A stretch of DNA of 64,000 nt from an uncultured Gammaproteobacteria bacterium (GCA_951812995.1 CATOTD010000002.1:707468-771467); one strand, 5' to 3'. Shown: positions 1-10,019, counted from the stretch's first letter. Made by a program: numbers and translations. Notes: generated from the letters alone by a model not told the origin.

Positions 1-2
1 AT

Positions 3-1745
3 TTGATCGCTATCGATACAGAAACAACCAGTCTTGATTATATGGCGGCCAGGATCGTCGGGATATCGTTTGCTGTCATCGCAGATCATGCTGCGTATGT
101 ACCACTGCAACATGATTATGACGGCGCGCCAGATCAGTTATCGCTGACAACGACACTGGCAAGACTCAAACCAATTCTTGAAGATGAAGACATCAAAAAG
201 ATCGGCCAAAATCTGAAATATGATCTTGAGGTGTTTGCCAATCATAATATTGCATTACGCGGTATCGCACATGACACCATGCTGGCATCGTATGTATTAA
301 ACAGTGCGGCTAACAAACATGATATGGACGCACTGGCGCGGCGTTATTTAGCCATTGAAACGATTCATTATGAAGATGTTGCCGGCAAGGGTGCAAAACA
401 GCGACCCTTTAACCAGATCAGCATCGATGTTGCGGCACCCTATGCGGCTGAAGATGCAGATATTGCGTTAAAACTACAGCGGGTACTCGGTGCCGAGCTC
501 GAACAACACGCAGGACTGAAGCGGGTTTATAGCGCGATAGAGATGCCGTTACTCACGGTACTTGCAAGCATTGAGCGTAATGGTGTGGCCATAGACTCGG
601 ACATGCTGATGCAACAGACACACGAACTCAAAACCAACATGCAAGAGATTGAGATCAAGGCCCACGATCTGGCTGGCGAGTCTTTTAATATGGCCTCACC
701 GAAACAAATTCAGGCTATTTTATACGACAAAATGGGAATGGACCCGCCTGTACGCGCCAAGACCCCTAAGGGGCAACTATCAACCGCTGAAAATGTCTTG
801 CAAGCGTTAGCTGAAAAGCATGAATTGCCAAGATTGATCCTGGAATATCGCGCCATGAGCAAGCTCTGCTCAACGTATACAGAAAAATTACCGCAACAAA
901 TAAACTCCGCAACCGGACGTGTACATACTTCTTATCATCAAGCCGTTGCAACAACCGGCCGTTTGTCATCGGCCCACCCAAACCTGCAAAATATTCCCAT
1001 TCGCACGCCAGTCGGCAGAAAGATTCGCCAAGCGTTTATTGCGCCTGCGGGCTATGTGATGGTGGCGGCCGATTATTCACAAATTGAATTACGCATCATG
1101 GCGCATTTATCTGGCGACAAGGGCTTATTAGCGGCGTTTGCCAACGGTCAGGATATACATAAAACAACCGCCGCTGAGGTATTTTCAGTGGGTCTTGACA
1201 AAGTAGACAATAATCAACGCCGCGCGGCCAAAGCCATCAACTTTGGCTTGATCTACGGCATGTCGGCCTTTGGTCTTGCCAAACAGCTAGGCATAGACAG
1301 GATTAAGGCGCAACAATACGTCGATCTCTATTTCAGCCGTTATCCCGGCGTAAAAACGTTCATGGATGCTACGCGCGCGCAGGCTCGGCAGAATAAGTTT
1401 GTGGAAACGGTATACCAAAGACGCTTATATTTACCGGAGATTAACGCCCGCAATGCAGCGCGACGACAATACGCGGAGCGAACCGCAATCAATGCACCCA
1501 TGCAAGGCACCGCGGCAGACATTATAAAACTCGCCATGATCAACATTGATAACTGGTTACAAAATACGGATATCGATGCAAGAATAATTATGCAAGTGCA
1601 TGATGAACTGGTGTTTGAAGTGGCAGTCTCGGCATTGGAGCCCTTTATTGAAGAGATACGTGCGCGCATGTCCAGCAACGATAAACTCAACGTGCCGCTC
1701 GAAGTGGATATTGGGTATGGCAATAACTGGGATGAAGCACATTAA
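3..1745 (+). CDS. polA: DNA polymerase I, C-terminal 3'-5' exo and polymerase domains; 5' end lies outside the window
   Basis: 580-aa ORF with Pol I motifs (YSQIELRIMAHLS, NFGLIYG, QVHDELVFE) and the typical ending NWDEAH. Confidence 0.95.
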   Translation: MIAIDTETTSLDYMAARIVGISFAVIADHAAYVPLQHDYDGAPDQLSLTTTLARLKPILEDEDIKKIGQNLKYDLEVFANHNIALRGIAHDTMLASYVLNSAANKHDMDALARRYLAIETIHYEDVAGKGAKQRPFNQISIDVAAPYAAEDADIALKLQRVLGAELEQHAGLKRVYSAIEMPLLTVLASIERNGVAIDSDMLMQQTHELKTNMQEIEIKAHDLAGESFNMASPKQIQAILYDKMGMDPPVRAKTPKGQLSTAENVLQALAEKHELPRLILEYRAMSKLCSTYTEKLPQQINSATGRVHTSYHQAVATTGRLSSAHPNLQNIPIRTPVGRKIRQAFIAPAGYVMVAADYSQIELRIMAHLSGDKGLLAAFANGQDIHKTTAAEVFSVGLDKVDNNQRRAAKAINFGLIYGMSAFGLAKQLGIDRIKAQQYVDLYFSRYPGVKTFMDATRAQARQNKFVETVYQRRLYLPEINARNAARRQYAERTAINAPMQGTAADIIKLAMINIDNWLQNTDIDARIIMQVHDELVFEVAVSALEPFIEEIRARMSSNDKLNVPLEVDIGYGNNWDEAH

Positions 1746-1855
1746 AAACGTGCCTGACTTCTGAACTCAGATAGCCGTCTGATTTTGCAAGCGGAGACCT
1801 TTGCACAAAACACCGCATCTGAATATTTTTTATCCCGGTAATGACTCAATTTTCA

Positions 1856-2162
1856 GCGACTGGGTTGGGTTGGGTCGGATCGAGCTGGGTCGAGCTGGGT
1901 CGGACTGGGTTTGGCCGAGCGTAGCCGGGTTGGGTTGAACGGGGTCGGGCTGGATTGAGTCGAGCCAGGGCCGGGTCGGGTTGAGTCGGATCGAGCGGGT
2001 TGAGTCGGATCGAGCATGGTCGGGTTGGGTTGATCTGGGCATGGGTCGGACTAGGTTGGGCCGAGCGTAGCTGGATTGAGCTGAGCGAGGTCGGGCGTGT
2101 TCGGGCCGAATTGGATTGAGTCGAGCCGGGTTGGGCTGGGTCAAGCTGGGTTGGGCCGGGTA
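1856..2162. repeat. G-rich array of degenerate GGGTYG/GAGYYG hexamer-like repeats, with a partial head motif GACCTTTGCAC upstream at 1796-1806
   Basis: Read directly: tgggttgggttgggtcggatcgagctgggtcgagctgggtcgg...; no stop codons in two minus-strand frames, which produces spurious ORFs 1830-2216 and 1846-2220. Confidence 0.8.
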
Positions 2163-2243
2163 CTGAGCCTGGATAATCTGCTTCATCTTGACAAATTGGG
2201 GTGGTAAAGTAGACACTCATTACCTATTAAAGGATAGGACAAC

Positions 2244-2582
2244 ATGAAACGGTTTTTAATTATCGCACTCGTTACGACTTCATTTACCGTAATGGCGGGC
2301 AATTCAAACTCTGGCGGTTTAGCGGCAGTACCAGAGCCGCCCGATCTACCGGACCCGCTGGTGTCAGGAGAAAATATCGAACCTGAGATTACGATTATCC
2401 GCAAAGAAGATGCCACGATTGAGGAATATCGCGCTAACGGTCAGCTTTATATGGTAAAAATAACCCCGGCTATTGGGCCTGCTTATTATTTGAAGGATAT
2501 TGATGGTGATGGCGAAATGGATCCAGCCCGCTATGCATTGGAAGATTTATCGATCCCACAATGGGTTTTGTTTACCTGGTAG
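2244..2582 (+). CDS. Small secreted protein with signal peptide; DUF2782-like conserved hypothetical between polA and thrB, as in Pseudomonas
   Basis: N-terminal signal peptide MKRFLIIALVTTSFTVMA; acidic C-terminus; the polA–thrB synteny position is recalled from Pseudomonas. Confidence 0.6.
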   Translation: MKRFLIIALVTTSFTVMAGNSNSGGLAAVPEPPDLPDPLVSGENIEPEITIIRKEDATIEEYRANGQLYMVKITPAIGPAYYLKDIDGDGEMDPARYALEDLSIPQWVLFTW

Positions 2583-2679
2583 TTTGTGACGGTTTAAGCA
2601 AACAATAAGCGCAATCGGACTGCTGCCACTTGTCGGTTCTCATCGGTTCGATCAGATAACACTCGGTCAGACAAATACA

Positions 2680-3633
2680 ATGTCGGTTTATACAAATGTG
2701 CTACCACACGAACTCAATGAGTTTCTGCAACACTACTCGCTTGGACAATTACAACAGTTCGCAGGCATTAGTGATGGCATAGAAAACACCAATTACTTCG
2801 TTACGACCAGCGGGGGTCAATATGTGTTGACCCTGTTTGAAGAATTTTCTATGGAGGAGCTACCTTATTTTCTTGAGTTGATGGCTTTTCTTACACAAGC
2901 AAACGTGCCCACGGCACACCCCGTTAAAGACAATCATGGTCATTATCTTCGCGTCTTGAACGGCAAACCGGCCGCGTTGGTAAAAAGATTGAATGGTGCC
3001 AGCATCGACATCCCGAATGAAACACAATGCCGCGCCATTGGTACGTGTATGGCGCGTATGCATGTTGCCAGCCGCGCCTTTAAGTTGGAACGCCACGCCA
3101 CGCGCGGCCGTGCCTGGTGCGAGCAAACCGCAGCACGGCTGATGCCAACATTAAATCAAGCAGAGCAAACCTTGCTACAACAAGAGCTCGCGTATCATGA
3201 GACGACTAAATTGAATGGTTTGCCGACCTCGGTTATTCATGCCGACCTGTTTCGGGATAACGCGCTATTCATTGGCGATGAACTGACCGGCATGATCGAT
3301 TTTTATTATGCGCACAATGGGTTTTCAATCTATGATCTGGCGGTGACCATCAATGACTGGTGCGTGCATGGCGATACCGAGTGTAATAAAAAAAATGCCG
3401 CCGCCATCTTGCAAGCCTACCAGGTAGTACGACCCATAACACAACACGAACGCGAGGCCTGGCAAACAGTATTACGTGCCGCCGCCTTGCGTTTTTGGCT
3501 ATCACGATTGCAAGATAAACATTTTCCCCGCAATGGCGAGATGACGCATACTAAAGATCCCGATGTGTTTAAACGTATTGTTGAACATCGTGCCAATCAC
3601 CCTGATGCGCTCATGGAGATGTGGCAACATTGA
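2680..3633 (+). CDS. thrB: Homoserine kinase, Pseudomonas-type (APH-like phosphotransferase ThrB)
   Basis: 317 aa; N-terminus MSVY..ELNEFLQHYSLGQL..GIENTNYFV and the HADLFRDN motif are typical of type II homoserine kinase. Confidence 0.85.
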   Translation: MSVYTNVLPHELNEFLQHYSLGQLQQFAGISDGIENTNYFVTTSGGQYVLTLFEEFSMEELPYFLELMAFLTQANVPTAHPVKDNHGHYLRVLNGKPAALVKRLNGASIDIPNETQCRAIGTCMARMHVASRAFKLERHATRGRAWCEQTAARLMPTLNQAEQTLLQQELAYHETTKLNGLPTSVIHADLFRDNALFIGDELTGMIDFYYAHNGFSIYDLAVTINDWCVHGDTECNKKNAAAILQAYQVVRPITQHEREAWQTVLRAAALRFWLSRLQDKHFPRNGEMTHTKDPDVFKRIVEHRANHPDALMEMWQH

Positions 3634-3658
3634 TCAGCATGGCGGCAACTTTTTAATT

Positions 3659-3973
3659 ATGGATGCGGCCCATTCCGTTTTCGCCTATGGCACGTTACAA
3701 ATACCCGAAGTAATGGAGCGGGTTACGGGTCTCAAGCATCCTGCTGCTCCCGCAAGATTAAACGGCTATCAACGGTTGAATATTAAAAATAAATCCTATC
3801 CAGGGATTATTGAAGCCCCGGCCCATTCTGTAGAGGGAATACTGTATAAGGGCGTGAGTGCGCAGGCATTAGCCGCCGCCTCGTATTCTTCCGGACCTTC
3901 CTCGACACATTCACAAAGTAAACTCAAAAACGAGCTGAGATCTGCAGCTTGCGCATCCTCCAAAGCATTGTAA
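3659..3973 (+). pseudogene. Gamma-glutamylcyclotransferase-like (AIG2/GGCT family) gene, 3' part apparently replaced by the convergent Fic locus
   Basis: Starts MDAAHSVFAYGTLQ..; the characteristic GGCT pattern is lost after ~aa 73, and the ORF tail is exactly antisense to the well-formed Fic C-terminus. Confidence 0.4.
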
Positions 3974-4668
3974 TACCGGTTACGATCATCGCGGCTAATA
4001 ATTGCAATCGGAAAACCATAGCGCATTAATATGAGATTCATTAACAACCTTGCCACGCGACCGTTGCCATCAATAAAGGGGTGGGTCATGACAAACCAGG
4101 TATGGGCAACCGCTGCATTGATCAACCCGTCAATGGTCAAGTTGGCATCTTGCACCACGCTGCTTGTGGCCAACCAAGTACCCAATGCTTGCATTTCACT
4201 TTGGATTGCCTCTGGTGCGGTCGGTTCATACTCCGAACCGCTTATCTCGACTTTGCTTGTTCGATAACGACCGGCCTGTTCACGGATGCCTTTAAGCACG
4301 CATTCATGAAGCTGGAGCATATCCATCCGTCTCTCTGATTGGCCGCTGATCCTTGACTAGCGCCTCTAAATAATCCAAGGCACCAGATAGATTGCGTACC
4401 TCGGCCTGATCTTTAAGCGGCTTTCCAGCTAGCGTGATCCCTTCTTCAACGACTAGACAAGTCTCTCCTTCGTCTAATTGATTGCCTTCGATCGCGTTGG
4501 AGTCATAGATATGTTTGAGTTTAAAAACTTGCGGATGCGATGTAGTTCATCAGTAGAAAGGCGGCCATTTTTCCGCATTTTTTCAACATGCCCTGCTAGT
4601 TTGCTCAAGTCTACTTTAATAGACGCTTTATAAAGATAAGACGTGTTTGCAATCTCAATATCTACCAT
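3796..4668 (-). pseudogene. fic: Fic/Doc family (AMPylase-type) gene split into three frames by two frameshifts
   Basis: The 176-aa C-terminal ORF carries the HPFIDGNGRVAR Fic motif. The middle frame reads HIYDSNAIEGNQLDEGETCLVVEEGITLAGKPL (classic Fic N-domain). The upstream 64-aa ORF (4474-4668) ends HRIRKF. Frameshifts lie at an A5/T5 run near 4521-4527 and at a 4-bp tandem duplication (ATCCATCC on plus, 4321-4328). Confidence 0.75.
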
Positions 4669-4863
4669 AAATTGATGCCTCGAATGTAGTTCTCAAAAAA
4701 CGGTCGCATTTATGATAGGCGCATTCTAAAAAGACGTGTCAATCACATACAAGCTACGATCTGTCACAATAGCTGTGACTTAACCCTCTCTTGCAACCGC
4801 AAGCAAGTAATGGCCGCATGTACAATGTCTGAAAATAACCAGGATTACTTGTCACCACCCGTA

Positions 4864-5799
4864 CTAAAATGTGTATCCAAACTCTTTTTCAAACTTGATT
4901 TTGAATTCATCCAGGGTAAAAAAATGATTCTGCGTACCATGTTGGGCTATTTTTATAGACGCTAATAATGAGGCAATTCGACCCGTTGTTTCCCAATCTA
5001 TTGCATTAACAAGCCCATAGAGCAAGCCCGCACGATAGGCATCACCACAACCTGTGGGATCGGTAACCGACGTTGATTCCACACAAGGAATGCTGATTTG
5101 TTTTTCCTTAGTATGGATGATTGAACCGTCACCGCCATACGTTACGATCAAGGCTTCAACCTGCGCTGTAATTTCAGTCGCTGTCAGGCGCAATTTCTCC
5201 TGCAACATTTGCCATTCATAATCATTGACTGTCACCCAAGTTGCCAGCTTGATAAATTGAGACAGTTCTTCGCCGCTAAACATGGGCAGACCCTGTCCCG
5301 GGTCGAAAATAAACGGGATACCAGCGGCCGCAAATTGTGCGGCATGTAGCAACATGCCGTCGCGACCATCAGGCGCAATAATGCCTAATTTACAATCATC
5401 GATAGCAGCGATCTTATTTTGATGTGATTCGTTCATCGCGCCTGGATGAAATGCGGTAATTTGATTATCGTCCATATCAGTCGTGATAAATGCCTGGCCT
5501 GTAAACGCATCATCAATCACTTTAATATATGTACGATTTATTTTTTTCTTGTCCATCCAATAGGCATAAGGATCAAAATCTTTGCCCACAGTAGCCATGG
5601 GCAAGGCCATTGAGTCATCCAGTAAACTCAGGCTATACGCAATGTTACCTGCACAGCCACCAAACTCGCGACGCATTTTTGGAACAAGAAATGAAACATT
5701 CAGAATGTGTACTTGCTCGGGAAGGATATGATTTTTAAACTGGTCGGGGAATACCATAATATGGTCATACGCCATCGACCCGCAAATTAATACATGCAT
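4864..5799 (-). CDS. PfkB-family carbohydrate/nucleoside kinase
   Basis: 311 aa; GG motif region and C-terminal DPTGCGDAYRAG anion-hole motif of the ribokinase/adenosine kinase superfamily. Confidence 0.8.
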   Translation of the reverse strand: MHVLICGSMAYDHIMVFPDQFKNHILPEQVHILNVSFLVPKMRREFGGCAGNIAYSLSLLDDSMALPMATVGKDFDPYAYWMDKKKINRTYIKVIDDAFTGQAFITTDMDDNQITAFHPGAMNESHQNKIAAIDDCKLGIIAPDGRDGMLLHAAQFAAAGIPFIFDPGQGLPMFSGEELSQFIKLATWVTVNDYEWQMLQEKLRLTATEITAQVEALIVTYGGDGSIIHTKEKQISIPCVESTSVTDPTGCGDAYRAGLLYGLVNAIDWETTGRIASLLASIKIAQHGTQNHFFTLDEFKIKFEKEFGYTF

Positions 5800-5922
5800 A
5801 GATAGAACTCTTTAATATTGGATTATTGGATCAGTCATAATGAAAAATATGTTATGTGGCGCAATATATCATTGTACCGGTTGGCTGTTAAATTTTTTTG
5901 CTCATCAAGCAAGATTAAATGT

Positions 5923-7231
5923 GGAGACCTCGAACAACGCTGATTCTGGATGGATTTTGACGCGAGCACCAGTCGTTGTCACCCGCATAGCGGGTGTGAA
6001 GGTCAAGGTCGGTGGTATTTGAGGCTGTGTTGCGCTGTTTGGGTCTGCCAGGGCGGGTATTTCCGGAATTTGGGCGGAGTCAGGCTGTGGCCTGTCGTCG
6101 CTCGTGGAAGATGAGACGGCGGAAGTTGTAGCTCAGGTTGGCCATGGTCATGCGGGCCTTCGCACGGGTTTGACCGATTGAGCGGATGGTCAGAGCCATG
6201 GGTCCCTTCTCGTACCCGAACACATGCTCGACGCAGGCCCGAATGGCTGACCGCGTGGCGTTGCCCCGGCGAATATGCCTGGCCATGGGTTTGCCGCGCG
6301 GTTTCTTGCGGTGAATGTGTGAACGGTACCCTTGCGCCTTCAGCCAAGCCTCATTCCTGGCCGAGCGGTACCTGGCATCGGCCCAAACAGACTTCGAGCT
6401 GTTTGTCTCGTCCAGAACCGAGGAGCGTTCATGCCCGTCGTAGCGAGCCGCATTCGTGCCAGTCTCACCCCGGATGAAGCGCCATTTGCGGTCAATGGAC
6501 ACGTGGTTCTTGTACCCAAAGTGCGGAACCGAAATATCGACAAGGCCAGTATCCTCCTCACCCTCCTTGGTCGTCTTGGCCTTTGAATACTTGACCGTCC
6601 AACGCGCATCGGTGTCTTTCTGCGCTGCCTTGGACAGATCATCGGGCCAGATGTCAGACGCGGCCTCACCTGCCTTGGCGCGCGCTTTCTCTTCTTTCGT
6701 CATCCGCTGGCGCGGGGCGGAGACCAACGTGGCATCCACAATCTGACCGCCGGTCGGTTTGTATCCCCGCGCGCACAGCTGAGCTTCAAACGCGGCAAAC
6801 AGGGCCTTGAAGACACCCGCCTAGGTCAGCTTCTCTCTGAAAAGCCAGATCGTCTTCTGATCAGGTGTCGGCTCCCCGATTTGAAATCCCAGGAACCGCA
6901 GCCAACTGAAACGGTCACGAATGAGAAACTCCATCCGCTCATCGCTCAGATTGTGCATCGAGGCCAAGACCAGCACCTTGAACATCACAACGGCATCATA
7001 GGGTGGGCGACCACCTTTGGGACGTTCCCCATAGCCAAGCGCTTCAACAAGAACTGGGCGAAACACTTCGAAATCAACGTGCCGCTCCAAAACCTCAAGC
7101 GGATCTCCCATCGCCGAAAGCCGCGCCAAATGATCCGTCAAATCAAACAATCCAGGTGCGTGCATAAACAAAATCCTCCCACACCCAATGAATCAGATCA
7201 CACCCAAAATGCACGGTTTTTAGAGGCTTCC
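5923..7231 (-). mobile_element. IS5-family (ISL2-like, DUF4096+DDE) element copy A; transposase ORFs 6821-7171 and 6080-6739
   Basis: Ends GGAAGCCTCTAAAAACCG / CGTTGTTCGAGGTCTCC (imperfect IR), shared with four other copies. The halves are separated by an in-frame TAG. This copy keeps the conserved C-terminal VEHVFG frame but has other changes (DTGY to DARY). Confidence 0.85.
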
Positions 7232-7549
7232 AGCTGTGTTGACTCCGTTTCAGCTTTTTTGAGTAGTCGGTTTTATCGCTTGGAAAGTATTACCGCTATC
7301 TGGCCCCAAGCACATTGAAAATATTCAGATGGCATACTTACAACAATAGCCTTGATATTTTGATACTATTACATTGAAATTATTGATAAATTTTAGAATA
7401 CTGAATAAAAAACCGTCCGCTGATTAGCTAAATAAAGGTACTGGGTTTGAATATGTTCCAAACTATTTTCCAGTGTTATTAAAATGAATGGATAAAACTT
7501 GGGAAAGTGCCAGTAAAAATTACATAATGAGTTGCTGTGATATTGCGTC

Positions 7550-8719
7550 ATGACTGAACAATCAATTGAATTTTTAATGTTTCTGATCTTCACGGGTGCG
7601 GGAATATTTGCAACGATTGCCTTGTATGCAAGACAAGCCATGATTGTTGCCTATATTGTGCTGGGTTTAATGCTCGGCCCATGGGGCGCAGGATTTATTA
7701 ATGATGCTGCGCTTATTAGCGATATATCTAATTTGGGCATTATCTTTCTATTGTATTTACTGGGGCTTGATCTATCGCCGCAACAAACCTGGAAAATGTT
7801 GCGTGCAGCCATGAAGATCACTATCGCTAGCTGTGCTGCATTTTTTCTGCTTGGATTTTTGATTGGTTTTGTGTTCGGTTATGCGTTATTACAAACACTT
7901 TTGATTGGTGCTGCTATGATGTTTTCCAGCACCATCATTGGCCTAAAGTTGTTGCCAACGACAACGCTGCATCACCAACATACCGGGCAGATAATAATCA
8001 GTATTTTATTGATTCAGGATCTAATCGCCATTGTGATTTTATTATTACTACAAGGTTATGGTAAAGGCGGCAACCTGGTAGTTGATATTGCAACTCAACT
8101 TTTATATCTGCCAGCGTTGATAGGCGTTGTTTATTTGCTGGCACGCTTTATTTTGTTCAAGTTAATAATGCGCTTTGATCAGATACATGAGTATATATTT
8201 CTGCTGGCGATTGCCTGGTGTCTGGGCATAGCTGAATTGGCTTATTATGTTGGCTTGTCACATGAAATTGGTGCTTTTATAGCAGGCGTAACACTCGCCG
8301 CCAGCCCGATTGCATTTTTTATAACCGAACGCTTAAAGCCGTTACGCGACTTCTTTTTGATCATTTTTTTCTTTTCATTGGGCGCGAAGTTTAATGTATC
8401 CATGATCGATGAGATTCTGTTTCCCAGTGTAATGTTGGCTGTTTTTGCACTTGTTCTAAAGCCGTTCATCTTCAGCAAGTTATTGCGCATGGAAGGTGAA
8501 AAAAAACATGTTTCTTTTGAAACAGGTATTAGGTTAGGTCAGATCAGTGAATTTTCCTTATTGATTGCTGTGGTCGCTGTTAGCTCCAATATTATAGACG
8601 CGCAGACATCGTCTTTGATCCAGCTTGCGACGCTTATAACATTTGTCGTATCGTCAAATATTATTGTGCTGAAATACCCGACACCTATTTCTGTCAGTGA
8701 TAGATTGCGCCGCGATTAG
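7550..8719 (+). CDS. Cation:proton antiporter (CPA1/CPA2 Na+/H+ exchanger family) membrane protein
   Basis: 389 aa, about 11-12 hydrophobic helices, typical Na_H_Exchanger N-terminus. Confidence 0.75.
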   Translation: MTEQSIEFLMFLIFTGAGIFATIALYARQAMIVAYIVLGLMLGPWGAGFINDAALISDISNLGIIFLLYLLGLDLSPQQTWKMLRAAMKITIASCAAFFLLGFLIGFVFGYALLQTLLIGAAMMFSSTIIGLKLLPTTTLHHQHTGQIIISILLIQDLIAIVILLLLQGYGKGGNLVVDIATQLLYLPALIGVVYLLARFILFKLIMRFDQIHEYIFLLAIAWCLGIAELAYYVGLSHEIGAFIAGVTLAASPIAFFITERLKPLRDFFLIIFFFSLGAKFNVSMIDEILFPSVMLAVFALVLKPFIFSKLLRMEGEKKHVSFETGIRLGQISEFSLLIAVVAVSSNIIDAQTSSLIQLATLITFVVSSNIIVLKYPTPISVSDRLRRD

Positions 8720-8736
8720 GAGCGGATTTTTTCTGT

Positions 8737-9222
8737 ATGATAAATAAAAAAATGAAAATTATCACTGGCATTATAGCGATCATTGCCATTTTTGGATTGT
8801 TTGTTATAGCAGATTATTTTGCATTGTTTGGGACAGAAAAAACGCTAAAAATTGAGTTTGTCGAAGTGCGATTGCGCACGCTTAATGCTGAAACAGGCAG
8901 TCTGGTTTTTGATGTGGGTGTGCGCTGTTTTCAAAAAGGAAATATGAATGCCTGTACAAGACGCGAGAGTCATCAAGCCGGGGTTGTTGCGGTACACATA
9001 CCGGTACGGCGCGTGATTGAATCAACATTATTATTTGACAAATCAGAAGAAATTATCCGGACCGCTGATCCTAAAATGCAGATCATGTTGTTGCATCAGA
9101 ATTATAATAATCCGATAAAAGCTATCCTGCTTGATGAAATCTATGCCCATAGCGGCATCGAATACACAGTAGCAATGCCACCTAGAAAATGGGATGCGCC
9201 GGAAGTCGAAACAGATGAGTGA
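8737..9222 (+). CDS. Hypothetical membrane-anchored protein
   Basis: 161 aa, single N-terminal TM helix (IITGIIAIIAIFGLFVIA); no recognisable motif. Confidence 0.5.
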   Translation: MINKKMKIITGIIAIIAIFGLFVIADYFALFGTEKTLKIEFVEVRLRTLNAETGSLVFDVGVRCFQKGNMNACTRRESHQAGVVAVHIPVRRVIESTLLFDKSEEIIRTADPKMQIMLLHQNYNNPIKAILLDEIYAHSGIEYTVAMPPRKWDAPEVETDE

Positions 9223-9838
9223 CGCACTTGATTATTTATTAGCGGTAAGAAAGGATGCCGTTGCATCTTATTTCCAGTTCCTGAAAAAAAGTGGCAAACA
9301 TCTTGATGAAAAAACACGTTCTTTGTTATCCGTCATTACTAAAGTTGATGCAAAAACCGAAGCCGGGTTCAAACAATACCTCATGCGTGCGTTAAGGGCA
9401 GGCAACAGTGCTGACGAAATCTTGGATGCGCTGTTGGTATGTATGCCAACATTGGGTATGAGCAAGATTATTTGGGCGGTCACGATAATCTTGCAAATGG
9501 ATATTCCTGAATTTAACCCCGCGCTAATCGGTAAAGAAAAACAGTGGCATAAATTAGCAAAGGTTGATGACATTGCAGAGGGCGTATCACGTTTCGACTA
9601 CGCTGGGCGCGCCTGTTTTGTCAATAAAATGGGTGATGGATTGCAAGTGTTCGATAGTCGTTGTCCGCATCAAGTGACGCATATCCCTTTATTGGCACTT
9701 GCCGACACAACGCTTACGTGTCCTAAGCATCAATGGAAATTCAATATTGAAAATGGTGAATGTATTGAAAAAGGTAATCGGCCGCTCAACAAAATTGATT
9801 ACAAGATCGAGGGTGATACGCTTTATGTCTATGCGTGA
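9194..9838 (+). CDS. Two-domain protein: N-terminal carboxymuconolactone decarboxylase-like (AhpD-fold, no catalytic Cys) and C-terminal Rieske [2Fe-2S] domain
   Basis: Rieske boxes CPHQ..(16 aa)..CPKH; the N-terminal helical region resembles the CMD family; start could instead be the Met at 9215. Confidence 0.65.
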   Translation: MRRKSKQMSDALDYLLAVRKDAVASYFQFLKKSGKHLDEKTRSLLSVITKVDAKTEAGFKQYLMRALRAGNSADEILDALLVCMPTLGMSKIIWAVTIILQMDIPEFNPALIGKEKQWHKLAKVDDIAEGVSRFDYAGRACFVNKMGDGLQVFDSRCPHQVTHIPLLALADTTLTCPKHQWKFNIENGECIEKGNRPLNKIDYKIEGDTLYVYA

Positions 9839-10019
9839 TTAACGTTACGATCCAGTGGCTATGCGACAACTGACTAAAAGTAGCGCTCGTATAATGGCTA
9901 TAACAAACGTTGCCAATAGGTTTGCGCAATGTTTATGCCGACTACAGCCGCCGTTCGCACTATGTTTATAGTTTGACCTTGTGGCAGGTTTGCAAGATCA
10001 GTGATTCAACATTATTTGC

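Noticed and set aside
1856-2162. Possible CRISPR array
   Set aside because: No constant direct repeat separated by unique spacers; the units are degenerate 6-7-nt motifs and there are no cas genes.
1830-2220. Two overlapping 124-128-aa minus-strand ORFs rich in Pro/Thr/Ser/Gln (also 15475-15968 and 43181-43456 on the plus strand)
   Set aside because: They are read-through artefacts of the stop-free hexamer repeat arrays: low complexity, several overlapping frames open at once, no start context.
3563-3973. 136-aa ORF as an intact GGCT-like protein
   Set aside because: The first 32 codons overlap the thrB end. The tail after aa ~105 is the exact antisense of the well-conserved Fic C-terminus and lacks GGCT family features.
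6080-7171. Treating the two IS5-family ORFs as a programmed -1 frameshift pair (orfA/orfB)
   Set aside because: The two halves are in the same frame, separated by a TAG in four copies and a CAG in the fifth. No slippery heptamer was seen at the junction.
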